From: Pyrinomonadaceae bacterium
GTDB lineage: Bacteria > Acidobacteriota > Blastocatellia > Pyrinomonadales > Pyrinomonadaceae
DNA: 35,631 nt
Reading direction: 5' to 3'
Assembly: GCA_035563275.1 (NCBI GenBank)
Contig: DATMVI010000520.1
Coordinates: 1 to 35,631 of the forward strand
A model generated the notes under the pieces. It was not told where the DNA came from and searched no databases. It saw only the letters and a program-made list of their open reading frames with translations. Shown here piece by piece: positions 1-8,594 of this stretch (positions are counted from its first letter, which is position 1; each line of letters starts with the position of its first letter). Both the position numbers and the translations under genes were made by a program.

Positions 1-792
1 CCGCCATGCCTTTTCACCCCGGCCCTCCGCGGCCGCGCGGTCTTCGAGGTAGAACTCGTCGAGCGCGCCGCGGCTCAGGCCGTCGGCCCTCGCGTCGAAG
101 GCGACGGCCCCGGCGCGCAGGGCCACGACGCGCGGGAAGTAGCCGAGCGCCAGCTCGACGTTGTGGAGCGCGACGACGAGCGTGCGCCCGCCGTCGTCGG
201 CGACGCGTTGCAGCAGACTCATCACCGAGTCGGCCAGTCCGGGGTCGAGCGAGGCGACCGGCTCGTCGGCCAGAATCACGTCGGGCCGCTGCATCAGCAC
301 GCGCGCGACGGCGAGCCTCTGCTGCTGCCCGCCGGAGAGCGCGTCGGCCCGCTCGCGCAGCTTCTCCTTCAGCCCCACGAGTTCGAGGACGTGCTCGGCC
401 TCTTCAACGTCGCTCCTGCGCGGCCTCACGACGCTGCGCGCCGTCTGCCACAGAGACCAGCGGCCGAGCCGCCCGCAGAGCGCGTTGTCGAGCGCCGAGA
501 GCGAGGGCACGAGGTGGTGCTGCTGGTAGACGGTGCCGACGCGCCGCCGCATCGCGCGCAGCTCGCGCGCCGGCATCTCCGTCACGTCGCGCCCGTCGAA
601 GCGGATGCGCCCGCCCGTCGGGCGCAGCGTCGCGTTGAGCAGGCGGAAGAGCGTCGTCTTGCCCGCGCCCGACCGGCCGATGAGCGCGAGGCGCTCGCCT
701 TTCGCGACCGACAGCGAGAGACGGTCGAGGGCGCGCGTGACGCCCTCGCGCGAGCGGTACTCTTTGGTGATCTGTTCGAGCTGGTAGACCAT
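1..792 (-). CDS. phnC: phosphonate-type ABC transporter ATP-binding protein; stop codon lies beyond the window edge
   Basis: Not in the ORF track because it is open at the window edge. Manual translation from ATG (complement of 790-792) gives MVYQLEQITKEYRSREGVTRALDRLSLSVAKGERLALIGRSGAGKTTLFRLLN... It has Walker A GRSGAGKTT, ABC signature LSGGQQQR and Walker B ILADEP. It sits directly downstream of phnD. Confidence 0.85.
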   Translation of the reverse strand, partial: MVYQLEQITKEYRSREGVTRALDRLSLSVAKGERLALIGRSGAGKTTLFRLLNATLRPTGGRIRFDGRDVTEMPARELRAMRRRVGTVYQQHHLVPSLSALDNALCGRLGRWSLWQTARSVVRPRRSDVEEAEHVLELVGLKEKLRERADALSGGQQQRLAVARVLMQRPDVILADEPVASLDPGLADSVMSLLQRVADDGGRTLVVALHNVELALGYFPRVVALRAGAVAFDARADGLSRGALDEFYLEDRAAAEGRGEKAWR

Positions 793-813
793 CGCCGCCG
801 GCCGCCCCCGGAG

Positions 814-1689
814 TCACTTCAGAAGCCCCGCGTCCCTCGCCGCCTGTCGCAGCTTCTCGTAGTCGGAGTCCGCGGCCCGCACGTACTTCGTCGCGCTCAG
901 GATGTCGAGCACGCGCTTGCCGCCGGCGTCGGCCGCGTCGAGTTTCAGCAGCGCGCCGGCGAAGGCTTCGGCCAGCTTCGGGTCGAGACCTTTGCGCGCG
1001 GCCCACAGGTAATCGAAGTAAGGCGGCGTGGTGTAGAAGACGCGGACGCTGTCGGCCGCGAGCTTCCCCTCCTTCGTCATGCGCTCGAAGACCAGCTCGT
1101 CCATCGCGCCGGCGTCCACCTTCCGGTTGGCGACGGCGAGCGCCGTGGCGTCGTGCCCGCCCGTGTAAACCGCCTTCGTGATGACCTCCGCGTCCACGCC
1201 CGACTGGCGCATGAAGTATTCCGGCATCAGGTGGCCGGAGGTGGAGTTCACGTCGCCGAAGGCGAAGGTGCGGCCCTTGAGGTCGGCGAGGCTGTTGACG
1301 GGCGAGTCGGGCTGCGTGAGGAAGACGCTGTGGAAGCTCTGGTCGCGGTCGCGCTGGACGAGGGGGCGGACGCCGAAGCGGCCCGACGCCTGCACGTAGG
1401 TGAAGCCGCCGAAGTGCGCGATGTCAACGCGGTCGCTGCCGACGGCCTCGACCACCGCGGCGTAGTTGGTCGGGATGGTCAGCTCGACCTTCGCGCCCGT
1501 CTCCCTTTCGAGGTACTCGACGAGCGGCTGGCTCTCGCGCAGCATCTTGCCGGGGTCGGTCGTCGGGATCATGCTCAGGCGCAGCGTGGGCCGGTCGGCG
1601 GGCGCGCCCCCGCCCGCGCAACTCGGGCCGAGGGCGAGGAGCGCCACGGACGCGAGCAGCAGCAGTCTGTTTCTCGAACTGTTCGTCAT
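814..1689 (-). CDS. phnD: phosphonate ABC transporter periplasmic substrate-binding protein (PhnD family)
   Basis: 291 aa with signal/lipoprotein-like N-terminus (LLLLASVALLALGPSCAGG). PhnD-like segments: RLSMIPTTDP, TNYAAVVEA, DIAHFGGFTYV. A 22-nt gap separates it from phnC. Confidence 0.8.
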   Translation of the reverse strand: MTNSSRNRLLLLASVALLALGPSCAGGGAPADRPTLRLSMIPTTDPGKMLRESQPLVEYLERETGAKVELTIPTNYAAVVEAVGSDRVDIAHFGGFTYVQASGRFGVRPLVQRDRDQSFHSVFLTQPDSPVNSLADLKGRTFAFGDVNSTSGHLMPEYFMRQSGVDAEVITKAVYTGGHDATALAVANRKVDAGAMDELVFERMTKEGKLAADSVRVFYTTPPYFDYLWAARKGLDPKLAEAFAGALLKLDAADAGGKRVLDILSATKYVRAADSDYEKLRQAARDAGLLK

Positions 1690-1706
1690 CGGCGTGCTCG
1701 CTGTTT

Positions 1707-2168
1707 TCAGAAGTTGTATTGGAGGAAGATGTTGACGCGGTTGTTGACGCCGGGCAGGAAGCCTTCGCCGACGCGCTGCGCGTAGGCGACTTGCGGTTGC
1801 GGCCTGCGGTCGCCGAAGCGCGTGAGGCGCGGGTGGATGGAGTAGTCGCCGTTGGCCGTCCCGCCGGCGCGCGCGTCGGGCGTGGTGATGAAGAACGGAA
1901 TCTGGGTGTTGTTCGGGTGCTGGCTGTCGAAGTCGAGGCGGAGGAAGCCGTAGAGCTTGATGCGGTTGTCGTGGCCGAGCAGCTCCGACCAGCGCACGGG
2001 CGGGTTCTTCTCCGCCTCGGCCGTCTGCGCGGGAGTCGGCGGCGACGCCGTGGCTGCCTGAGTCGCGGCCGCGCCGCCCGGCCGTGAGGTCTGCTGCGCG
2101 GGCGCTTGGATGTTGAGGGCGAGGATGATGCCGCAGAGCGCGGCCGGTGTCAGGCGCGGTCTTTTCAT
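1707..2168 (-). CDS. small secreted/outer-membrane-like hypothetical protein
   Basis: The internal ATG at 2168 gives 153 aa starting MKRPRLTPAALCGIILALNIQAPAQQ (signal peptide). It has a low-complexity Ala/Pro/Thr linker and a C-terminal ...IFLQYNF (terminal aromatic as in OM beta-barrel proteins). The 267-aa track ORF has an Arg-rich, implausible N-terminal extension. Confidence 0.5.
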   Translation of the reverse strand: MKRPRLTPAALCGIILALNIQAPAQQTSRPGGAAATQAATASPPTPAQTAEAEKNPPVRWSELLGHDNRIKLYGFLRLDFDSQHPNNTQIPFFITTPDARAGGTANGDYSIHPRLTRFGDRRPQPQVAYAQRVGEGFLPGVNNRVNIFLQYNF

Positions 2169-2460
2169 GGCGACGAGTGACTCGCTTTCTTCGGGCCGGA
2201 GAGAGCGAGCGCCTCGTCGGGCGGTCAGACGAAGGCGGGCGGGCCGGCTCCGGGCCTGCGTTGATGTGGGCCTTGCGCGAACCCCGCCGGGGCCGCCGCG
2301 CGGCCCGTTCAGTTGAACTGTTCGCGGCCCGCGGTGGGCGCGTAAATCAACCCCCGCGGATGCCTTTCGCCTGCGACTTTCATGCGCTTCGTCTCCCCCG
2401 TGCGGAGTCCCTTCGGCCGCCCCGCCGCCACGCGGAACCGGGGCCCGCCTTCTGCTGACG

Positions 2461-2615
2461 ACTGTGCGGTCAGGAGTGGCCGCGGCTCGGCGGCCGTTGA
2501 GCCGTCTCAAACGCCGCGGCGCGCGAGCGGGATCGGATTAGTCTTGCTGAACGAAACTGACCGTGTTAATGAATATAATCCCGGCCGTGGATTTTTAGCA
2601 ACAACCTGTCACGCC
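2461..2615 (+). repeat. copy A of a dispersed ~140-155 nt intergenic element (second copy at 17125-17262)
   Basis: Shared blocks with copy B: actgtgcggtcaggaNtggccgcgg; a GC-stem hairpin; gagcgggat...tcttgctgaacgaaa(c)tgaccgtgttNaNgaatataatc; tt(t)agcaacaRcctg. TATAAT lies at 2574-2579. Same orientation as copy B. Confidence 0.8.
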
Positions 2616-2650
2616 GCGCGAAGGGCCGGCCCGTTCCGTCTCAGCGAGCC

Positions 2651-3553
2651 ATGCTTCCGCCAACGCCCAAAATCTCCATCGTCACCCCTTCGCTCAATCA
2701 GGCCGATTTCCTTGAGGCCAGCATGCGGAGCGTGCTGTCGCAGGACTACCCGAACCTCGAATACATCGTGGTTGACGGCGGCTCGACCGACGGCAGCGTC
2801 GAGATCATCAAGAAGTACGAGCCACGCCTCAAGTTCTGGTCGAGCGAGCCGGACGAGGGCCACTGCGACGCGCTCAACAAAGGCTTCGCGCACGCCACCG
2901 GCGAGATCATGGCGTGGATAAACAGCGACGACATGTACTGCCCGTGGGCCTTTCGGACCGCGGCCGGCATCTTCGCGGCCTTCCCCCAGATCAAGTGGCT
3001 GACGACGCTCAACCCCGGCCTCTGGGACTGGCACGGCTTCTGTATGGGGTTCGTGACGGTGTCGGGCTTTTCGCGCGAGGCTTTCCTCGACGGGTGCTAC
3101 CTGCCGCCGCTCGACCGCAGTCTGGCCATCGAGTGGATTCAACAGGAGTCCACCTTCTGGCGGCGCGAGTTGTGGGAGGAGGCCGGCAGCTACATCTCGC
3201 CCGAGTTCTTCTACGCCTTCGACTTCGACCTCTGGGCCAAGTTCTTCTCCCACGCGGAACTCTACGCCACCGTCTCGCCCCTCGCCGGCTTCCGCGCGCA
3301 GGTCAACCAGAAGACGCGCTCGATGGAGCAGTACACAGTCGAGGGGAAGGTCGTCTTGGAGCGGATGCGCCGCCGGTTCGGGTGGGAGCCCGACGGCGTG
3401 AGGAATTTTCTCCGCCGCACCGACCTCAACAAGGTCGGCGCCCTCAAGCCCCTGCTTGAGCCGCGCTGGAGCTACCGCGGCAAGCGCGTCGTCCGCGGCG
3501 ACATGAACACGCGCTCGGCCAGTTGGCGGGTCGAGGAGTACAGGTTCACTTAA
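2651..3553 (+). CDS. family 2 glycosyltransferase
   Basis: 300 aa. The N-terminus ISIVTPSLNQADFLEASMRSVLSQDYPNLEYIVVDGGSTDGS...NSDD is a typical GT-A/GT2 signature with a DxD-like motif. Confidence 0.85.
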   Translation: MLPPTPKISIVTPSLNQADFLEASMRSVLSQDYPNLEYIVVDGGSTDGSVEIIKKYEPRLKFWSSEPDEGHCDALNKGFAHATGEIMAWINSDDMYCPWAFRTAAGIFAAFPQIKWLTTLNPGLWDWHGFCMGFVTVSGFSREAFLDGCYLPPLDRSLAIEWIQQESTFWRRELWEEAGSYISPEFFYAFDFDLWAKFFSHAELYATVSPLAGFRAQVNQKTRSMEQYTVEGKVVLERMRRRFGWEPDGVRNFLRRTDLNKVGALKPLLEPRWSYRGKRVVRGDMNTRSASWRVEEYRFT

Positions 3554-4376
3554 CTCGCGCGGGTATCACGTAACCGAGCGGCCTGATGTGCTCGTACCAG
3601 AACTCCGGCTCGAACTCCATCCACTTATGACACCCGAAAGGTAGTGAGTGACCGCACTCGCGGAAGAGCCTGCCGGGGTTGACCTCGAATGAGAACTGAC
3701 GCGCGACCTCGTAAGGGGCGACGCGGAAACTCGGGAAACGCTCGGCCACCACGCGCCCCCAGAAAACGTCTTCGTTATAATAATTTGCCCTGTCGTTGAA
3801 CGGGGCGAAAAAATTGTTTCGGTACGTCAGCGCCCCGATAAGTCTCTTGGTGTCGTACTCGCCCCGCCTCCAAGCCCTCAAGACATCTGTCGCCGGCTGC
3901 TGGTAGCGCCAGCTCCCGGAGATTTGTAAGACCGCCCGCGTGCGGCGCAAAGAGAAGCCGGAGTTACCTACCCCGATCGGCCTCGCGTCGCGCGCCGCGT
4001 GCTGCCAACCTTCGAACCACGGCGCCCCGACGTAGTCCCAGCCTTTCGAGCACCACTCCGACAGTTCGTCACGAAAGACGAAGGCGTCGAGTTCGTAGGT
4101 GAGGATGTATTCGAACCGGGCGTAACGCCGGTACAGGAACGGTAAAATCTTCAATCGGTTATAGGCTCTGTAGCTCGACATCCATTCGGGCGGGATGAAA
4201 TCTACTGCTAACGCGGGCGCCATCGCGCGGTAAGCGCTAACGTCCAACCCTTCGGGGCAGACCAGACGTAAGGGGTGGCGGTTTAAAACCCGAAGACACT
4301 GTCGGAAAGAAATCTCCTCGTACCATTCGAGCCGGGGTTTATGGGAGAAGACGAGGACGACCGCGCGATTCGACAT
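3546..4376 (-). CDS. DUF5672-like protein (putative glycan-modifying enzyme)
   Basis: 276 aa. Resembles the DUF5672 family often found in polysaccharide loci (VLVFSHKP..., GVGNSGFSLRR, FGCHKW). Visibly lower GC than its neighbours. Converges on the GT2 gene with an 8-nt overlap. Confidence 0.45.
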   Translation of the reverse strand: MSNRAVVLVFSHKPRLEWYEEISFRQCLRVLNRHPLRLVCPEGLDVSAYRAMAPALAVDFIPPEWMSSYRAYNRLKILPFLYRRYARFEYILTYELDAFVFRDELSEWCSKGWDYVGAPWFEGWQHAARDARPIGVGNSGFSLRRTRAVLQISGSWRYQQPATDVLRAWRRGEYDTKRLIGALTYRNNFFAPFNDRANYYNEDVFWGRVVAERFPSFRVAPYEVARQFSFEVNPGRLFRECGHSLPFGCHKWMEFEPEFWYEHIRPLGYVIPARVK

Positions 4377-4424
4377 ACACGCCTCCGCGATTTTTCTGCG
4401 CGTCAGGGGCCGCGCGGGGGCGAC

Positions 4425-5345
4425 TCAGGCCGCGCGGGCGATGCAATCCCTCAACACCCGGCCGACGACCTCGATGTAAGGGCTTTGGAGAATCGTGCGG
4501 TGAGCGCCGGGGATCATGTGCGCCTCGACGCCGCCGCCGGCGAGCGGCCCCCAGCCGAGGTCGGGCGGCGCGGACGGGTAGGTGCCGTGCCCCGTGCGCA
4601 GGAGCGTGATCGCCCCCGGGTACGGCTTATGCTCGTAGCCAAAGAGCGCCTGCTGGTTGGACTGCTCCACCCGCGCCATCCGGCAGAGGTCGGCGTGCGG
4701 CAGGCTCATGTGCGCCGGCTGGCGCTCGGCCGTCTTCAACTGCTCGACGACGTAGTCGAGCAGCCGCTCGGGGTCGAGGCCCCGCATGTGGCTCACCGAG
4801 AGCGACACCTCTTTGCGCAGGCGCCAGTGCCAGTAGAGCGCGCCGTCGAAGTCGCCCTCCCACGGCGGCTTGAGGCCGTCGCAGGAAGTGTCTATGAGCG
4901 CCAGCAGCCCCACGCGCGAGCCCCCGGCGCAGAGCTGCTGCGCCATCTCGTAGGCGATGTGGCCGCCGAGGCTGAAGCCGGTGAGCAGGTACGGCCCCTC
5001 GGGCTGCACGGCGCGCACGGCCGCGACGTAGCAGGCGGCCATCTCTTCGAGGCGGGTGAAGGGCTCGTCGTCCGTGTCGAGGCCGCGCGCCTGAAGGGCG
5101 TAGAAGGTCTGGTCTTCGCCGATCATGCGGGCCAGATCGATGTAGGACGCGACCGAGCCGCTGAGCGGGTGGACGCCGAAGAACTTCTTCCCCGAGCCGC
5201 CCGGCTGCATCTCGACCATCGGCGACCAGTCGCGGCTTTGATTTACGGGGGCGGCGGCGCGGCCCTTCAGCCGCCTTTCGAGCAGCGCGCGCCGGGCGCG
5301 TGAGAGGTTGGCCAACCTGCCCGCGAGGCTTTCGTTGGTGGACAT
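4425..5345 (-). CDS. free-standing thioesterase (alpha/beta hydrolase, NRPS/PKS TE-domain type) with N-terminal LSxxRRxLLExRLKG helix
   Basis: The internal ATG at 5345 gives 306 aa starting MSTNESLAGRLANLSRARRALLERRLKG. Nucleophile elbow GFSLGGHIAYEM and C-terminal GAH (IPGAHRTIL) are as in type I TE domains. The 387-aa track ORF has an Arg-rich, unlikely extension. Confidence 0.75.
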   Translation of the reverse strand: MSTNESLAGRLANLSRARRALLERRLKGRAAAPVNQSRDWSPMVEMQPGGSGKKFFGVHPLSGSVASYIDLARMIGEDQTFYALQARGLDTDDEPFTRLEEMAACYVAAVRAVQPEGPYLLTGFSLGGHIAYEMAQQLCAGGSRVGLLALIDTSCDGLKPPWEGDFDGALYWHWRLRKEVSLSVSHMRGLDPERLLDYVVEQLKTAERQPAHMSLPHADLCRMARVEQSNQQALFGYEHKPYPGAITLLRTGHGTYPSAPPDLGWGPLAGGGVEAHMIPGAHRTILQSPYIEVVGRVLRDCIARAA

Positions 5346-5539
5346 CGCTCCGCCCCGTCCGCGCCGGCGCGAGGGCCTCCGACGACGGAGAGCCGGGGCG
5401 GAAAGAAGTGTCTGAAGGTACTTGCGCGACCCGCAACCTCGGCTGACAAGGTCGGAGTTGTATCCCTCCCGGCGGACTTGGGAGTCGTGCCCCTCCGACC
5501 TTTCGGAACGTCTCCAACCGGGGCTCCGTGCGCCTCGTG

Positions 5540-6112
5540 TTAACCGAACTGCCGCGCGACCTGTAGACGGCCGTAGACGCGATCCCACTCGGCGACGGCC
5601 GCCGGGCCGAGCCGCTCGCTGACCTTACGCAGGAAGGGCGCCCAGATGGCGCCGACGTTGGCCGGGTCTTTGCGCACCCAGCGGGCGTCCTGCTCCAGCA
5701 CGTCGATCAGCGTCAGCCAGAGCAGGCCGGTGAACTCCTCCTCGGTGACGGGGAGCGGGCATTTCAGGAAGCGATCCCACAGCCGCGGGGTTGCGTCGCC
5801 CTCGAAGCTGTCCTGAAGCGACTCGTCCGACGCGGCGCAGTAGAGGTAGACGACCTGCTCCGCGTCCGCGCCGATGAGGCCGGCGATCTCGGCGCGCCGG
5901 CTGATGGGCAGCGCGAAGTCCTCGAAGCCCTGCGCCCCGTAGATGGAATGGAACAGGCCCGCCCTCACCATGTACTCCGGGCTGCCCAGCCTCTCGAAAT
6001 ACTTCGACACCCCGAGCGAGTGTTGATAGAAGCTGCTCTCGCTGGGGTGGCGCACCTCCTGCATCCCGAGTTCGAGCAGGAAGTTCTTCAGCGGGGCAAA
6101 GTCAGTCGCCAT
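5540..6112 (-). CDS. hypothetical protein, HD-domain-like helical protein (DUF6817-like, tentative)
   Basis: 190 aa. The motif AGLFHSIYGAQGFEDF, preceded by HSLGVSKYFERLG, resembles uncharacterised HD-related families. Codon usage is consistent with coding. Confidence 0.5.
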   Translation of the reverse strand: MATDFAPLKNFLLELGMQEVRHPSESSFYQHSLGVSKYFERLGSPEYMVRAGLFHSIYGAQGFEDFALPISRRAEIAGLIGADAEQVVYLYCAASDESLQDSFEGDATPRLWDRFLKCPLPVTEEEFTGLLWLTLIDVLEQDARWVRKDPANVGAIWAPFLRKVSERLGPAAVAEWDRVYGRLQVARQFG

Positions 6113-6144
6113 CGGTCACCTCCGTCGCTCCGGCGGTTTTAGTG

Positions 6145-7398
6145 TCAGGCGGCGCGCGCGGCCTCGTCCGTGAGGGCGCGGACGACCTCGGCGCACGGGG
6201 GCAGGCCGGCCTCGCTCAGCAGGCCGGCGACCCTCGAAAGGTGTTCGAGATCGGGCAGCGGCTCGCGGTCGCCGTCCGGCGTCGGGACGAAGCTGCGGTT
6301 GAAGGCGCAGGTGTCGCAGACCAGTGCGCCCTCGCCGGACGCGCGCCCGCCGTGGCAGGCCGTGTGCCGGGCCTGCCGGTAAGCGGGGCCGTTCCAGACG
6401 GCGCGCAGGTCGCCGCCGCGCCAACTGCCGTAGTCGTTCTCCTGAAACCAGTTGCTCCAGCACGGCGAGACGCCGCCGTCCGGGTGCAGCGCGACCTTGC
6501 CCCAGAGCCAGTGGCAGCGGCTCCGCTCCTCCGCGCGCCGCTTCTCGCCGCGCTCGTCGTACTCGCTTAAGGGGTGCGACGCGTCGAGCAGCAGCCCCCG
6601 CGACTGCCTGACGTTGGTCGGCGAGTCGGTCAGAATCTTCGTGGACATGCGCCCGCGCGCGCCACCGTAGCGGAAAACGTCCACGCCGAGCTGCTTCGCC
6701 AGTTCGCGCGCCCCGGCGATCTCGTCCGCGTTGTGCTCCATCACGAGGTACTGCCACTCGACGAGCGGGAACATGGAGCCGGCGCGCGCCCGCGCCGAGA
6801 CCAGCTCTTCGAGGTTGCGCAGCACGTGCGAGAGGTTGCCGTTGACGCGGTAGCGCTCGAAGGTCGCGGCGGTGGCCCCGTCGACCGAGGCCACGATGTA
6901 GCGCAGCCCCGACTCGACCAGCCGCTCGGCCTTCACGCCCTGCTTGTGGCTGAAGTGGCTGGAGGTGCGCGTGTAGATGGAGCGGGCCGAGGCCATCGCC
7001 ACGAGGTCTGCGAAGTGCGGGTGGAGCAGCGGCTCGCCCCAGTTGAAGAGGTCGAGGCGGATGACGCAGCCGGACAACTGGTCGAGGAGCCGCGCGTAGT
7101 CCTCGATGTCGATCATGCGGCGCGCGCGCCCCTGCGGGTCGGTCGCCTGCACGCAGAGGGGGCACGCGAGGTTGCAGACGTTCGAGGGGTCGAGCACGAC
7201 GTGGTAAGGCAGGTTCTCGACGACCAGCGGCCGCAGCCCCTCGGCCCGCCGCGCCTGCCGGTAATTGCCGAGGCGCTCGCGCACGCGCCCGGCGTCTTCC
7301 GGCCGCGCGCTCAGGACGGCCGTCAGGTAAGGGTACTCCGCCTCAAGCTGCGCCAGCGCGCGCGTCTCTTCCCGCAGATACTCTGTGTGCCATGCCAT
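6145..7398 (-). CDS. radical SAM protein with C-terminal SPASM-like Cys-rich domain
   Basis: 417 aa. CxxxCxxC cluster CNLACPLCV followed by FNWGEPLLHP. The C-terminus has additional Cys motifs (RCHWLWGKVALHPDGGVSPCW, CDTCAF) typical of SPASM/twitch auxiliary clusters. Confidence 0.8.
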   Translation of the reverse strand: MAWHTEYLREETRALAQLEAEYPYLTAVLSARPEDAGRVRERLGNYRQARRAEGLRPLVVENLPYHVVLDPSNVCNLACPLCVQATDPQGRARRMIDIEDYARLLDQLSGCVIRLDLFNWGEPLLHPHFADLVAMASARSIYTRTSSHFSHKQGVKAERLVESGLRYIVASVDGATAATFERYRVNGNLSHVLRNLEELVSARARAGSMFPLVEWQYLVMEHNADEIAGARELAKQLGVDVFRYGGARGRMSTKILTDSPTNVRQSRGLLLDASHPLSEYDERGEKRRAEERSRCHWLWGKVALHPDGGVSPCWSNWFQENDYGSWRGGDLRAVWNGPAYRQARHTACHGGRASGEGALVCDTCAFNRSFVPTPDGDREPLPDLEHLSRVAGLLSEAGLPPCAEVVRALTDEAARAA

Positions 7399-7430
7399 AT
7401 TTTATTGCCCCGCAGGCGGGCCGGGCCTCT

Positions 7431-8594
7431 TCAAAGCCCGGCCCGCTCCAGACCCTCGACGAGCGTCCGCGCGGCGGCCGCCCACGTCCACTGCCGCGCG
7501 CGACGGCCCGCGTTCTCGCCCCACACGGCCAGCCCCGCGCGCCCGTGCGCGGCGCGGCTCAAGGCGCGCGCCACGGCGCCGACGGAGGGCTCGACCATCA
7601 TGGCGCGCTCTCGTTCCGGGTGGTCGAAGTCGATCAGCATCGGGCCGCCCGGAATCGGGGTGAAGTCGTCAATCAGGACGCCCGTGGCGTCGTCGCAGAA
7701 ATCGAGCGGGCCAGACCACCCCGTCGTCAGCACGGGCGTCCCGCAGGCCATCGCTTCGAGCAGCGGGAGCGCGAAGCCTTCCCCGCGCGACGGCAGGCAG
7801 ATCAGGTCGGCCGAGCGGTACAAATCGGCCATGCCCGCTTCGGACAGACAACCCGTGAGCACTTCGAGGCGGAAGCCCCGCCGCCGGAGCGCCCGCGCGC
7901 GTTCCTGCCAGCGCTGTTCGAGGTAGGGCCGCGACTCGGCGTCGGCGTAGGCGAAAGTTTTAATGACCAGCGACACCTCGTCGGCGGGCGAGAAGGCCGC
8001 CTCGAACGCGGAGAGGAGGATGTCAAGCCCCTTGCGCCGCGCGGGCGTCCCGACGAAGAGCAGCCTGAGTTCCGGCAGGCTGCCCGGCGGGCGGCGGTCG
8101 CCGGGGTGGTAGACCTTCGGGTCAACGCCGTGCGGCACGACCCGGACGTTTTCAGACGGGTAGCCGGAGGCGGCCAGCGTCTCGCGGCAGAAGGAGGACG
8201 GCACCACGACCTGCTCCAGATGCTCCCCGGCCAGACGCACCCAGTGGGGCGGCCAGCGCGTGGCCTCGTAGACCAGCATGCCGACCCGCGGCGGGCCTTC
8301 GAGCGTCGCGGGGTAGTCGGCCGGGTCGGAGAAGGTGAACGTGACGCCGCCCGGGCGCGGCGGCCCCAGCGCGCCCTCCAGCGGGGCGGGCAGGGGGAAG
8401 TCGAGTTGACAACGATCCTCGACCAACTCTGTAGCGCTGACCGGGTGACCGTCCTCGATGAGCGCCAGCAGAAGCTCGCGCGCCACCTTCGCCCAAGACG
8501 CGGGCGAGCGAAGCATCCCCGTGTAGTGGATGCTTCGGCGCGGCGCCAGTCCGGCGCCGCGCCCCGACCGCACGACTTGCTCACTGCTCGCCAC
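7431..8594 (-). CDS. family 4 (GT-B) glycosyltransferase
   Basis: 387 aa. LLFVGTPARRKGLDILL and PSRGEGFALPLLEAMACGTPVLTT form the EX7E-type GT4 signature. Its start overlaps the stop of the upstream rSAM gene by 14 nt. Confidence 0.85.
   Translation of the reverse strand: MASSEQVVRSGRGAGLAPRRSIHYTGMLRSPASWAKVARELLLALIEDGHPVSATELVEDRCQLDFPLPAPLEGALGPPRPGGVTFTFSDPADYPATLEGPPRVGMLVYEATRWPPHWVRLAGEHLEQVVVPSSFCRETLAASGYPSENVRVVPHGVDPKVYHPGDRRPPGSLPELRLLFVGTPARRKGLDILLSAFEAAFSPADEVSLVIKTFAYADAESRPYLEQRWQERARALRRRGFRLEVLTGCLSEAGMADLYRSADLICLPSRGEGFALPLLEAMACGTPVLTTGWSGPLDFCDDATGVLIDDFTPIPGGPMLIDFDHPERERAMMVEPSVGAVARALSRAAHGRAGLAVWGENAGRRARQWTWAAAARTLVEGLERAGL

Noticed and set aside
163-1785. Long plus-strand ORFs (163..1785, 6..638, 161..529) overlapping phnC/phnD
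   Set aside because: They lie antisense to genes with clear ABC-transporter and PhnD motifs. Their products are Arg/Ala/Gly-rich low-complexity sequences, typical of GC-rich shadow ORFs.
2169-2460. Possible regulatory structures or Pho-box upstream of the phn operon (for example the cagttgaactg palindrome near 2310)
   Set aside because: There are only short, imperfect symmetries in GC-rich DNA. I could not match a defined consensus with confidence.
1707-2510. Full-length versions of several track ORFs (1707..2510, 4425..5588, 9884..10693, 10890..12215, 20346..21326, 23977..25752)
   Set aside because: Their N-terminal extensions are Arg-rich or run through intergenic repeats. Internal ATGs give proper signal peptides, Rossmann N-termini or RBS spacing, so shorter coordinates were used.
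2535-2555. Sigma-54 type -24/-12 promoter (GG-N10-GC with TTGCT) inside the dispersed repeat
   Set aside because: The GG-N10-GC spacing fits only copy B (17186-17203). Copy A is off by one and lacks TGGCAC-like context, so this is not a conserved feature of the element.
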